Shown here: piece after piece, positions 1 through 12,756 of the stretch
Numbering within the stretch: the stretch's first letter is position 1
Layout: the number at the start of each line of letters is the position of its first letter
From: Marsupella aquatica
Lineage: Eukaryota; Plantae; Marchantiophyta
Direction of reading: 5' to 3'
Assembly (NCBI GenBank): GCA_973895155.1
Contig: OZ316898.1
Coordinates: 35,540-99,539 of the forward strand
DNA length: 64,000 bases
The notes under the pieces: model-generated
What the model was told of the DNA's origin: nothing
Databases searched by the model: none
The model's input: the letters and a program-made list of their open reading frames with translations, nothing else
Position numbers and translations under genes: made by a program

Positions 1-1971
1 GGGTTTGCAACCCTAAGTCACTAGGGAAGGCTAGTAGGAAATCATGGAAGGGAGAAAATGTGTTGTTCTAAGCAAATGTAAAGGGATAAGTAATGTGATT
101 TTGGTAGGCAACAAATGTTCCACCCTTACTTAGGATACGCGACTAATTCAGGACCGGAAAATGACCCGACACCTGACATCTTATTTTTGGCTGATATTTC
201 TCCCATGGGTGCTGGGAGGTCACTAGGGAACCCTGAAAAAGTATGAAGTCAAGTGGGGTCTCAACCTAGGAGTTGTGAGTATTTTGACAGAAATTAAAAT
301 AACCAACTAGCGGCCCCGGAGAAAATAGCCAAGGGGTAAATTTTGTGGGTTCGAGGTTAGAATTGAGTTTAGTATAGACCATAATATCCCTGGATTGTCT
401 CAGAAATAATTTGTCACCTTTTGTTACTTTTTGGGAACACCTCAAAGATTGGGAATAGTAATGCACTTTAATAGATATGGTCAAACTTATGTATTTTTAG
501 AAAAGTCGCTATGGAGTGTTTAGAGAGTTTGATAAATTTAGGAGTGAGTCCTATGTCCAAGGATTCCAGAAATGTGCTCAGAAGTACGTTTGGACATTTG
601 AGTGAATTATGGCATGGCCTTCAAGAGGGGCCAGTATAACTGTTTCTCCCGAGAGTAAAACGAAAATTTTCTAAGTGTCAAAACGCGTCGACGTGACTGC
701 GACCAGACTAGCACGAGGTCAGGCAAGCACGACATGGGCAGGAATGCACGAGGTGGGCTAATTGAAAGGCTGGCCGATGCTCATCAAAATAGGCCACTCT
801 TGATCTGAATAGGCAGGTGCGGGATTGAATTGAGCTAGCTACTGCTGAGAAGGACTTGACCCAGCTGCTACTGTGAAATTGAATTGTGAGCTATGGCTGC
901 TAATTGGAATACGGAGGCTGGCTTTGAATTGGGAAGGTTGCTTGCTGCTATGGCAGCGGCACAATAGATTAGAGGTGCTGCTATTAATCAGGCATGAGAT
1001 ACTCACGAGAATTGGCTGGCTATTGCCTTGATGCTGTTGAATTGATGGATGTTGCTGCTAGCTATGAAATTGCAGAGGTGGGCAGCTACGAAATTGAGAA
1101 GAGAGACCTGCTTGGCTAAGTGATTGGAATAGAGCTAGTTGTTGAGAAGGAATCAAGCTATGGCTGCTGCTGTTGTAATTCAAGCTGCTATGCTTCGAAT
1201 CTGCTGCTGTGCTGTTGTGCTGCAAAGCTGCGAATTGGTGGGCTATGGCTGCTGCAAAATTCTGCTGCGATTTTGAATCACTTGCAAGGCTGGATGACTA
1301 TGGAGGTGGATTGAGAAGGGTGCTGTAGACCTGGCTGAGCTATCAATTGACCTGCTGTCATTCAATCCAATAGAGAATTCTGCCATTTCAGATTGAATTC
1401 AAGAGAGAGGAAAATGCTGCAAAAATTGGTGTCCTTATCAATCTTCTTCATAAGAAACATGAGTATAATGAGAGTACTCTCCCCTCATGACACATGGAAT
1501 CCCCATAAGGGGCGTGTAAGGTTCAAGTGTAATCGGGTCGCCGCTTACACCCGCTTTACACCAAAAACAGGCCTTGGGAGAATGGGCATAACTTTGGCTA
1601 GGGGTATCCGTTGGGGCCCAAATTTTTTTGTGCTGAGTTAGGGGAAGGTAAGGCACCCCTTGGTGAAGGTGGAAACCCAGAAAAATAATCACTCAAATAT
1701 GTTTTTAGCGGAGGCCACGAGGGGGTCCCCATAGCTTGCAAACGGGAGTCGGCATGGGGGAAGTAAGACCAGGTTTTTAGGCCGACACTTCTTGCACCCA
1801 TGTCACCCAAGTTAGGATACATGGAGAAGAGAGTAACTCAGGGTAAAGGTGCAAGGCCGTTAGGGTAAGGAAAGTAAGTTGATAGGTCGGGGTAGTAAGT
1901 AAGAACTAGTACATAAGGAGCCAACTTTGACATGACACAACTTGAGACTCCCTCACTCTTTTTGCGAGCTT

Positions 1972-4320
1972 TGTCACGCGATTGACATGGGTCTTAACAC
2001 CAAAAACGTCACTATGGGTGCCAAAACCATCTCCTTGTACCTGAGGATCACGAAGGGATGTTGTGAATGCCGGTAAACACCAGTTTATGCCCTTAACACC
2101 AGACTATCATAGCAAGACTCTATCACACATCACCCAAGCTCAATCCCAAGGAACCAAGGTTGGGGATCAGATCTGCGCTCATGATAGTTCTGGTGAGAAG
2201 GGGTCTTCATATCGGGCCCGTACACACAGGGCCTAGCGCTACGGTGCGCATAGGTCTATACATATGCTTACTGTCATAGGTATGTTTCTATTCCGCCGCC
2301 GGAATGTACCCATAAACCAGTGACTCCTGACTGATTCCCGGCTTAGGGACTTCTAAGCCATTGCCCCACCACTCTGCCATTCCACTCTCAACAATCAGAG
2401 CTATGACAGTCCTCACCCAGCCCGCTTCAATGCACCCGGTACACCTCTCAGTGGCGCTGCTAGTTCCATCATACACTCAGATTGCCTCACACACACACAC
2501 ATCCATGAGAGAAATGAGGCCTGAGAGGAAAACTCAATTAGATTCAAAGATGTGCACAATAGTTCACTGAGAACACTTGATCCGAACACTAGGGCCGAAG
2601 GCTGTCTCCTCCAGATTGTGATGTGCTTGCCCTGCAAGCCCCGTGCTTGCCATGCAAGCTCAATCCTGAACTCAACCTCCTTCACTACACTTCATTCTTG
2701 GGGGCACATACAGATCTCACACCTCCAATTTAGAACGTCAAGTTACGCATGCATAGTTGACTCGACTTCAAAGCTGGTACCAGGCCTAACGACGATCTAT
2801 CCCAGACTGCAATGAGGCCCGGCCTCACGCTTGCCCTGCAAGCTCAGCTCTGGCCATAGATCCCTTAGTGCTCTCCACCAGACAAAGGCCGGGACTCCCC
2901 ATGGATCACGTAGCCTTGCCAGACTGAACTGTAAATGCTCCTCCTGCTGCCCCTTAATCAGTACCTCAGCCTCCCTAATGTGCCCACCGCAAATCGAATT
3001 GAAATCCTCCCCACAGTTTACAATCACCAATACATCACCTATCACCAAGGCTCTGTATCGGGGGAAAAGAACCCAGTTGTGCTGCCCACTAGAAAGAGCC
3101 ACAATCCAGCTCGCAAACCTAGCAACCCGTTGCTGTGAAGCTTGGCTGATTACTCCCTGAGTAATAGCACAACCAAGCTCTCCCCAACACGCAGCGTCCA
3201 AGTCCAGCCTTGCTTGCACAGAGCTCCTCCCCGCTACTCAGTCTAAGTGAGATCACACAACTGAAGTCCCCCCCTGCCTCTACCGGAGGGATGCTCTATA
3301 TACTCTCTCATACTGAGCCCAAATGGGTGGATACTATGCTGCTGGAGCCCCATCCCAGCCCTAACAGAGCCGCCACTATCTCTAACTATTGAACCCTAAC
3401 TCACAACTTTATTTCTATCTCGAATTGGCTATGTACTTCGGATTCGGCCCTCCTCCATGGTTTTTGCGAGCTTGCACCTCCTCTCCCGATTTCTCTATTT
3501 AACCATTTTCTGCGTGGATAGCAGCGTTGGAAGCGGCTTGAGCTCCTCTTTCCAACGAGGTCAATTATAGCCGATTTGATCAAATACACAGAGAGTTATG
3601 CCCCCGCAACCGAGAGGGGGTACTCACTGCTGCGCTAACCCGAGTTTGGCTAACCTAGCTATCCTATCTAACCCGAGTAGAGCTAACCCGTGGTCTCGGG
3701 TTAGGCCGCTACCCGCTATCCGCTAACCTAGCCTAAGCTGAGCCCGAATCCGAGCTTACCTATGCTAACCTGAGGCCGCGCTGACCTGAGCTAAGCTGAA
3801 GCCGTGTTGACCTGAGCTAAGCTGAAGCCGTGCTGACCTGAGCTAAGCTGAAGCCGTTCTTACCTGAGATAAGCTGAAGCCGTGCTTACCTAAGCTAAGC
3901 TGAAGCCGTGCTGACCTGAGCTAAGCTGAAGCCGTGCTCACATAAGCTAAGCCGTGGTCGAACTTGGGTTAACCCGAAACTGAAGCCGAATCCGCTAATT
4001 CCGGCCACAAGTTAACCCGTCACACTAATCAGGCCGTATCTTTCTTAATACACCTCCGTTTCCCGAGTGTTTTATATCGATTTTACTCGCCTTGACCAGA
4101 TCTTTCCAATGCTCTTTACAGATCCGGATTTGGTGACATATTGAAAGAGATATGGTCACCGACCACCTGCGACATAACTTTTATTTCCCTACTCTTAACG
4201 CCATGATTGCCCTTATTCTTGCCATCTTGCTAATTGTTATGCAATATTAATAGCTACTCCTTGCATACAGCAACCTACTTAATCAGATTACAAAATAAGG
4301 ACCATGTCATTGGCGTCACA
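1972..4320. mobile_element. Solo LTR (~2.35 kb), family A, copy 1
   Basis: Starts TGTCAC and ends GTCACA. Flanked by a 5-bp TSD AGCTT (1967-1971 / 4321-4325). Highly similar second copy starts at 6919. No internal domains. Confidence 0.85.
3775..3955. repeat. 26-bp minisatellite (GCCGTGCTGACCTGAGCTAAGCTGAA)n, about 7 copies, inside the solo LTR
   Basis: Tandem copies visible directly; only about 2-3 units in the second LTR copy (about 8900-8960). Confidence 0.8.
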
Positions 4321-5390
4321 AGCTTTCAAGTGGGCTGGGAAGCTGGTGAGGAGGACCATAAGTGAGAGCAGTTTTGGAGGTCAAGGCATGCAACTCATGT
4401 GTGGCATATTCCAGGGCTTGGAAGGAGTCAAGCAATAGGTTGTAGAGTGAGCTACAAACTTTAGAGTTGGACTTTGTGTGTTAGGAGGACTTGGGGGAGG
4501 AGTAGTTGGACCCCAGGTCAAGCTTGGTGTGGTGTGGAAGGAGAATAGTATATAAGGAGAAAGTTTTCCTTTGTTAGGGACCGAGAGTCTCATCTCTTAA
4601 GTGGAATCTCTACCTTGCCAAGGTAGGGCTAAGCTTGAGAAGGGAAAGGTGGTCCATGCTTAATGTGGAGAATGTGTAGTGAACTTTTGTTGTAAAGGTG
4701 ATGCAATAAAAGGAGACTTGCCAATCTTCATTGTGACCATTAAGTGTGAGTGCATTTGAAGTATATGAAGAGCAAGAGAAGAGATGCTATGATGTAATCT
4801 TGGTCTAAGCTCAAAGGGGATGTGCTAGTACAAAACCAAGGCCAAGAGGCAAGGTTAAGGTAGAGCACTACTTTGAGACTTAGAGAGGATTATAGCTTGA
4901 GGGTGGAAAGTATTTTGCTTGGTGTGTGGTGTTAACAAGAAGTAAGAACAAGAGGAAGAGTCCTTAGATAGAGGAGCCCTCTCTAGAGCTCAAAGGGGAT
5001 GTGTGGACCCAAACCAAGGCCAGGGGGCAAGGTTAAGGGGTAACACTACTTTGAGGGTCTTGAGGAGACTTAAGCTTGAAGAGGAAAGTACTTTGGTTCT
5101 TGGGTGTTTGTGTGAGAATCTACTCTAAGGTGACAGCTTGGAGCGGAGATCCCCTTTGCTGATCCTTGGAGTAGAGGAGAGGGGAAGGGTGCGAGTACAA
5201 AAGTAGTCAAGGGGACTACCTCTCTAGAAGTGGAGAGTTGAAACTACTTATGTGTGGAGTGATTAGACATTGTAGGCACATTTCAGAAGTTTTGTCAATC
5301 CTTTGTGACCCTGGTATGATATGGAACAGGTATTAGGTAGTCTTTTGGGGAGAAAAGCCGCTTAAGTTCCTTGACAAGTGTTTGACAACA
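4321..5390. mobile_element. Probable older LTR-like sequence (continues into 1-1971) that hosts the solo LTR
   Basis: Non-coding, with an internal duplication of about 180 bp (about 4810-4920 vs 4988-5095), and ends ...TGACAACA. The other end is not visible in the window. Confidence 0.3.
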
Positions 5391-6499
5391 GGGAAGTCGC
5401 AACTCATCTCATCCACGCCCGCCATGGCAAGTTGTAGCTACGGTTCTTGAAGTTGAGTCACTATTGCTACAAAAATCTAAGTCGCAAAAAGTCGGGGCGT
5501 ATTGGCGTGATCGCGCATGAGCGTATAAATACCACGGCGCTCAAGCGTCTCTACGTATGGGCATGAACGTCGAGGCCTTTGGTAGCAAACAGGGAAGTGG
5601 AAATATTCGTCGAGAGCAGATGGTCCAGTAAGTCACTTTGTCACTCCCTCCTCATCGTCAATGGCTACTTTTGGTTACCGGTAGGGTGGGCTGCGTATAA
5701 GCGTCTGGGTGCATCAGCGCATAAGCCTCTATGCGTCTGAGCGCATTAGCGCATAAGCATCTATGCGACTCCCGATTTGACATGGCCTTAAAAGTAACTA
5801 GTTTTAGTAGACTACAGGGATGTACTTGAAGAGGGCGTAACTACTCTAATGCTCCTAATTAATATAGATAACCTGAGTTGAATCACTACTTATCTCAAAA
5901 AGTTGAAAATTTTAAAGTTTTCACAGAAATTCTGAATAACTGCTATATCACATACAACACTTGGCATTACGGGCCCAAGAGTTTGAGGCGGATCGGGCAT
6001 AGACCCGGGTGTGGATTAGCATTGAGTCTAGAGAGTAAATAATATATCATAACTGTACAGAGTGAATTAGTTCTAATCAGGAAGCCTGGTCTTCTTTAAT
6101 AATTTGTGTCTCATTTCCCACGTCCAAAATTGAATGGTGACACATTTGATGCTAACGGAGTTTAAAGGTTCAACATGAAAGCTATGGGAGTCTACGGTTT
6201 AACCGAAAATGTTATGGGAGCCTACACTTTAACCGAAAATGTTGTGGGAGTCCATATGCTGAAACTTGGAGACATACCATGCATCGCATGTGAGACACAG
6301 CCTTTACATAAGAGTCTTGTATGGTGGGTTGGATAGTGAAGGCGATTTGGGTCCTAAGAGTGTCTGAATGGAGTTGCAATGGAGCTGCAACACAGATGGA
6401 GGTGAGTAGCAAGGCATGAATACAGCAACCATGGATGTTGTACAAAAGAGAAGCTCCATCACTGCAAGCTCCATCACTGCAAACTTGGCCTGAAACCAC

Positions 6500-6790
6500 G
6501 CCACTGCCAGCAGTAAGCATAAAAAATGCAACCATTTGGAAACGCCTTCGCTCAAAGACTACATCCGACAATGACTCAAATCCATCACTTGCTGCAATTA
6601 TTGACGATGTCAGTACGCCATCCAAGCGACGCAAGATTCAGGACGCACTGCCACCAAAAAGCATAAAAAATGTAACCATTCGGAAATGCCTTTGCTCAAA
6701 GACTGCATCCGACAACGACTCTAATCCATCACTTGCTGCAATTATTGACGACGTCAGTACGCCATCCAAGCGACGCAAGATTCAAGATGC
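6500..6790. repeat. Two ~126-bp tandem copies within short ORF 6435-6887
   Basis: Peptide SIKNxTIxKxLxSKTxSDNDSNPSLAAIIDDVSTPSKRRKIQDA occurs twice. Confidence 0.75.
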
Positions 6791-9296
6791 AAAAGGGAAT
6801 TTGGAGGTGGCGAGCACAGTAAAGGACCAGATTGAAGGCCAGCGACAGGAATTTTTGAAGGCCAATGCTTCCCGACCAAAATACTGACCCAACAATAATG
6901 CAGAAGGGAATTTGAAGGTGTCACGCGATTGACATGGGTCTTAACACCAAAAACGTCACTATGGGTGCCAAAACCATCTCCTTGTACCTGAGGATGATGA
7001 AGGGATGTTGTGAAGGCCGGTAAACACCAATTTATGCCCTTAACACCAGATTATCATAGCAAGACTCTATCACACATCACCCAAGCTCAATCCCAAGGAA
7101 CCAAGGTTGGGGATCAGGTCTGCGCTCATGATAGTTCTGGTGAGAAGGGGTCTTCATATCGGGCCCGTACACACAGGGCCTAGCGCTACGGTGCGCATAG
7201 GTCTATACGTATGCTTACTGTCATAGGTATGTTTCTATTCCGCCGTCGGAATGTACCCATAAACCAGTGACTCCTGACTGATTCCCGGCTTAGGGACTTC
7301 TAAGCCATTGCCCCACCATTCTGCCATTCCACTCTCAGCAATCAGAGCTATGATAGTCCTCACCCAGCCCGCTTCAATGCACCCTGTACACCTCTCAGTG
7401 GCGCTGCTAGTCCCATCATACACTCAGATTGCCTCACACACACACACACATCCATGAGAGAAATGAGGCCTGAGAGGAAAACTCAATTAGATTCAAAGAT
7501 GTGCACAATAGTTCACTAAGAACACTTGATCCGAACACTAGGGCCGAAGGTTGTCTCCTCTAGATTGTGGCGTGCTTGCCCCGCAAGCCCCATGCTTGCC
7601 ATGCAAGCTCAATCCTGAACCTGAGCCCGGCTCACTCCAAATTGCGATGGCAGATTGGACTCAAACCAATCACGTACTTGCCTTGCAAACTCAATCCTGA
7701 ACTCAACCTCTTTCACTGCACTTCATTCTTGGGGGCACATACAGATCTCACACCTCCAATTCAGAACGTCAAGTTACGCATACATAGTTGACTCAACTTC
7801 AAAGCTGGTACCAGGCCTAACGGCAATCTACCCCAGACTACAATGAGGCCCGGCCTCATGCTTGCCCTGCAAGCTCCGCTCTGGCCATAGATCCCTTAGT
7901 GTTCTCCACCAGACAAAGGCCGGGACTCCCCATGGATCACGTGGCCTTGCCAGACTGAACTGTAAATGCTCCTCCTGCTGCCCCTCAATCAGTGTCTCAG
8001 CCTCCCTAATGTGCTCACCACAAATCAAATTGACATCCTCCCCACAGTTTACAATCACCAATACATCACCTATCACCAAGGCTCTGTATCGGGGGAAAAG
8101 AACCCAGTTGTGCTACCCACTAGAAAGAGCCACAATCCAGCTCGCAAACCTAGCAACCCGTTGCTGTGAAGCTTGGCTGATTACTCCCTGAGTAATAGCA
8201 CAACCAAGCTCTCCCCAATACGCAGTGTCCAAGTCCAGCCTTGCTTGCACAGAGCTCCTCCCTGCTGCTCAGTCTAAGTGAGATCACACAACTGAAGTCC
8301 CCCCCCCCCTTGCCTCTACCGGGGGGCTGCTCTATATACTCTCATACTGAGCCCAAATGGGTGGATACTACGCTGTTGGAGCCCCATCCCAGCCCTAACA
8401 GAGCCGCCACTATCTCTAACTACTGAACCCTAACTCGCAACTTTATTTCTATCTCGAATTGGCTATGTACTTCGGATTTGGCCCTCCTCCATGGTTTTTG
8501 CGAGCTTGCGCATCCTCTCCTGATTTCTCTATTCAACCATTTGCTGCATGGATAGCAGCGTTGGAAGCGGCTTGAGCTCCTCTTTCCAACGAGGTCAATT
8601 ATAGCCGATTTGGTCAAATACACAGAGAGTTATGCCCCCGCAACCGAGAGGGGGTACTCACTGCTGCGCTAACCCGAGTTACATAGCTAACCCGAGTTCG
8701 GCTAACCTAGCTATCCTATCTAACCCGAGTAGAGCTAACCCGTGGTCTCGGGTTAGGCCGCTACCCGCTATCCGCTATCCACTAACCGCTAACCTAAGCT
8801 GAGCCCGAACCCGAGCTTACCTATGCTAACCTGAGCCCGAGTTTAGGCTAACCCGAGTTAACTCTAACCCGGGATCAATCTAATCCGAACCCGGGTTAAG
8901 CCTAAGCTGAAGCTGTGCTTACCTGAGATAAGCTGAAGCCGTGCTTACCTAAGCTAAGCCGTGGCCGAGCTTGGGTTAACTCGAAACTAAAGCCGAATCC
9001 GCTAATTCCGGCCACAAGTTAACCCGTCACACTAATCAGGCCGTATCTTCCTTAATACACTTCCGTTTCCTGAGTGTTTTATATCGATTTTACTCGCCTT
9101 GACCAGATCTTTCCAATGCTCTTTACAGATCCGGATTTGGTGACATATTGAACAAGATATGGTCGCCGACCACCCGCGACATAGCCTTTAATTTCCCTAA
9201 CATTCTAAGACTAGACTATGAACCACTAACCTAACTAACAAAATGAAGCTACACACCCAAGACATTCAAATTTTATCATGAGAACAATCACCATAC

Positions 9297-9460
9297 TGTT
9301 GTAACCATTTACTCTAGACCATGGTTAACCCCTAACCCTATCCTGAAGGGGTAACATGGGTTAACACCAACCCCAACATGTAACCCTATGGTGACTATAT
9401 AAGTCACACCCATAATGGAACACAACAGCGAGTTGCAAGTCTCTCCATTGTCACACAACA
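9297..9460 (+). repeat. 5' LTR of the copia element (164 bp)
   Basis: Identical to 14918-15081. Confidence 0.95.
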
Positions 9461-9473
9461 CGTTATCAGCGCG
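9461..9473 (+). promoter_or_regulatory. Primer-binding site, Bianca type (complementary to the tRNA-Ile anticodon arm)
   Basis: CGTTATCAGCGCG immediately after the LTR; the same motif follows the LTR at 41480. Confidence 0.7.
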
Positions 9474-9915
9474 ATAGCATCTAATTTTTTTTTTCAGTTT
9501 GGAGTTAAGGTAGGATAATTGGAGTACGGCTTTCAGACAAAGAAATTGACTTCCAATGTTGCGTTTTTAGCCCCACCCCACATCAGTAACTGCCACCGAT
9601 TCAAATCACACCATAATTTAAACTTCGGATCCTCTGAATAGTCCACGAATCCTTACGGAAAACACACAATCCGTATATAATTGATTAGTGACACTATCGG
9701 AGAGGCATGAATCACTTTGAAATAGTGTTTTCCCGTTCAAATTCGACTCAATTTTTTTTATATCTTATTGTTCCGCCACGGAAATCCTGAGTTTCTTTTA
9801 TCGCCAAGGAAAATCCCGTGGATAAAAAGGCACGAGTGATTGAAGTAATTGAGAACGACATAGATTTGATATTAATCAGAACGCGGACAGTGATTTGTTA
9901 CAGATTTGAGATACT

Positions 9916-12756
9916 ATGGCCACTCTGGAGAAATTACACTTTCCAGCCCTATTGGCAGATGGCAATAGTTACTTAACCTGGTCAATAGATGTAGAGACCT
10001 ACTTCGCATCAATACAACTAGAGGATACATTAATTACTGATGACAATTTAACATTGCAACAGAAGGCCAAAGCTGTATTTCTACTTAGACAGCATTTGAC
10101 ACCATCACTGAAGACACAATATATGAGTGATCTTAATCCCCGTCTATTATGGGACAAATTAAAAGCTCGATTTGACCATATGCGAGAGGTCTGGCTCCCA
10201 GAAGCCCGCAGGGATTGGTTTAATCTACGTGTCATGGATCATACTTCTATAGCAAATTATAATAGTTCTCTATTTCGTATTACATCTCAATTGGAGATGT
10301 GTGGCCACCCAGTTGCAGACTTAGACAAAATCGATAAAACGTTGAGTACTTTCCCAGAGGCCAACATCGCCTTGGGAACTCAATACAGGAATATGCAATT
10401 CACAACTTATTCTAACTTAATTGCACATCTCCTAGTAGAGGAGAAACAACAAATTGTCTCTCTACAGAATGCAAGGAAACGACCACCAGGCACTGCACCA
10501 ATACCACAGAAACCAGAAATTAATTACAATGCCCCAGAAGACCAACAACGAAATATAAAAGGCCGGGGTACACAAAGAGGTGGATATAGAGGACGAGGTC
10601 GCAACTCAAATTATAGTGGAAGGGGAAATCAGTATGAAAATACCAGAGGTCGAGGCAGCAGAAGCCGTGGCCGGGGTAGAGGAAGAGGACGTGGCAGAGG
10701 TCACGCCCAATCATCTGACAACACACGAGAAGACCGAATGTGTTATAGATGTGGAAAAATTGGCCACCTAAAGAAAGACTGCTGGGCTTCTGACCAAGCG
10801 GCTAAGAGGCACTCAGAAGCAAGAGCTAAGTTAAAGCAAAATCCAGATGGCAACTATATGGAATTGGAAGAGGAGCTACCATCTTATCGAGAAGAAACTG
10901 ATATGATAGACCAATCCAACGCTGAAGCTCATCTGGTGACAGCAGAGCCACCATATCCCTCCTCCAACGATCCCAATTTAGGTATCATTGATAGTGGGAC
11001 ATCCCACACTATCCTAAAAGATAGGAGTTATTTCCAAGACATCACTCCATCTGCCAGGGTAATGACAACCATATCAGGTACGAATAAGATTGAGGAAGGA
11101 ACAGGAAAGGCTACTGTCAAATTTCCCCAAGGAACAGTCATTAACATCGAAGCAGCTATCTTTGCACCAAAAGCTACTCGAAATTTGATTAGCTTCAAAG
11201 ACGTTGTTGCTAATAATTATCAACTCCGCACAGCAATGCTCCAGCAGAAACCTACTTTGCAAATAGTAGCCATGACCACAGATGGAATTCAAATCAAAGA
11301 GATACTACCTCTAATACCCCCGGGTTTATATGCAGCCCCAATAACAGCGAACTATGCCACAGCAGAATCAAATAATCTTACATACCTCTGGCACTGTCGA
11401 CTGGGGCACCCGGGAATAAATATGTACCGTCGCATCATCAATGACTCACGAGGAATCCCTAAAGGAGTGCGTCCATCTATAAATCATAAGCAATGTCTGG
11501 CATGTTCTCAGGGGAAGCTGAGTACACGCCCAGCTACACAAAAGACCATCTATACTATCCCTAAATTCCTGGAACGTCTAAATGCTGATGTCTGCGGGCC
11601 AATACACCCTCCAAGTGGGCCTTTCAGATATTTTTTAGCCATTGTAGACTCTTCAACTAAATGGCTCCAAGTTTCATTAATTTCTACTCGTAACCTGGTC
11701 TTTGCCAGAATCTTAGCCAACTTATTAAAACTTCGAGTACAATTCCCAGATTGTCCAATTAAGAAATTGCGAGTGGACGGGGCAGGGGAATTTACCTCCA
11801 GAGCATTTGACGACTTCTGTATGACAGCGGGGATCGACATTGAATACTCAGTTCCTTACGTCCATTTCCAGAACGGCATAGCAGAGTCAGTCATAAAAAG
11901 GATTCAAATGATAACAAGGCCACTTCTATTGAACTCTAAACTACCACCTTCAGCATGGGGACACGCTGTCCTCCATGCAACAACTTTGCTTAAGTATCGG
12001 CCGTCAGCATTTAATACTAAAACCCCTCATCAACTTGCATTCGGTTTACCCCCTGATCTTTCACACATTAGAGTATTCGGATGTAAAGTGATGGTACCCA
12101 TCCTTGGGCCACATCGATCCAAACTTGGCCCACAGAGGAGAGAAGGTATTTATATTGGCCATGACTCCTCGTCTATTATCCGCTATCTGGAACCTAGCAC
12201 AGCTGATGTATTTAAAGCAAGACACGCTGACTGCCATTTCTATGAGGAAATTTTCCCCTCATTACTTAAGGCGCCAACTACATCACACGACATAACACCA
12301 GTACAGCTCAATTGGAATAGCAGAAATCTACTCAATCAAGATCCAAGAACTCAAAGTGCAGACGAGGAGGTAAGGCGCTTATTACATCTCCACGAAATGT
12401 TGGAAAAGATTCCTGACGCTTTCAATGACGCAGCAAATGTGACCAGATCACATGTTGAAGCAGTCAATACCCCAGCTCGGATTCAGCTGCTGCCAACTCA
12501 AGCAAAGGAAACCTTACCTAAGGCGAAGAGAGGACGCCCACTAGGATCCACTGATTCTCGCCCTCGCCAGAGACGTGCACAAACGGTAAATACTGAAACC
12601 ACATTTAATCTGGTCAGTATCGAACCAGAGAAAAAGAGGGCACCAGATAATGAAGAAATGTCTATTCAATACACACACAGGACACATTTATGCTCGATCA
12701 AACACAATAATAGACGAGCAGTTTGCTTATCATATAGCCCAATCCATCTCAAATGA
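9916..12756 (+). CDS. Copia polyprotein part 1: Gag (CCHC knuckle), aspartic protease, GAG-pre-integrase, integrase
   Basis: CYRCGKIGHLKKDC; IIDSGTSH; LWHCRLGH...CLAC; ADVCGP...RVDGAGEF...QNGIAE. Confidence 0.92.
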   Translation: MATLEKLHFPALLADGNSYLTWSIDVETYFASIQLEDTLITDDNLTLQQKAKAVFLLRQHLTPSLKTQYMSDLNPRLLWDKLKARFDHMREVWLPEARRDWFNLRVMDHTSIANYNSSLFRITSQLEMCGHPVADLDKIDKTLSTFPEANIALGTQYRNMQFTTYSNLIAHLLVEEKQQIVSLQNARKRPPGTAPIPQKPEINYNAPEDQQRNIKGRGTQRGGYRGRGRNSNYSGRGNQYENTRGRGSRSRGRGRGRGRGRGHAQSSDNTREDRMCYRCGKIGHLKKDCWASDQAAKRHSEARAKLKQNPDGNYMELEEELPSYREETDMIDQSNAEAHLVTAEPPYPSSNDPNLGIIDSGTSHTILKDRSYFQDITPSARVMTTISGTNKIEEGTGKATVKFPQGTVINIEAAIFAPKATRNLISFKDVVANNYQLRTAMLQQKPTLQIVAMTTDGIQIKEILPLIPPGLYAAPITANYATAESNNLTYLWHCRLGHPGINMYRRIINDSRGIPKGVRPSINHKQCLACSQGKLSTRPATQKTIYTIPKFLERLNADVCGPIHPPSGPFRYFLAIVDSSTKWLQVSLISTRNLVFARILANLLKLRVQFPDCPIKKLRVDGAGEFTSRAFDDFCMTAGIDIEYSVPYVHFQNGIAESVIKRIQMITRPLLLNSKLPPSAWGHAVLHATTLLKYRPSAFNTKTPHQLAFGLPPDLSHIRVFGCKVMVPILGPHRSKLGPQRREGIYIGHDSSSIIRYLEPSTADVFKARHADCHFYEEIFPSLLKAPTTSHDITPVQLNWNSRNLLNQDPRTQSADEEVRRLLHLHEMLEKIPDAFNDAANVTRSHVEAVNTPARIQLLPTQAKETLPKAKRGRPLGSTDSRPRQRRAQTVNTETTFNLVSIEPEKKRAPDNEEMSIQYTHRTHLCSIKHNNRRAVCLSYSPIHLK

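Noticed and set aside
2288-8623. Short ORFs recurring in both family-A solo LTRs
   Set aside because: No recognisable motifs, and their lengths differ between copies; recurrence reflects DNA-level identity.
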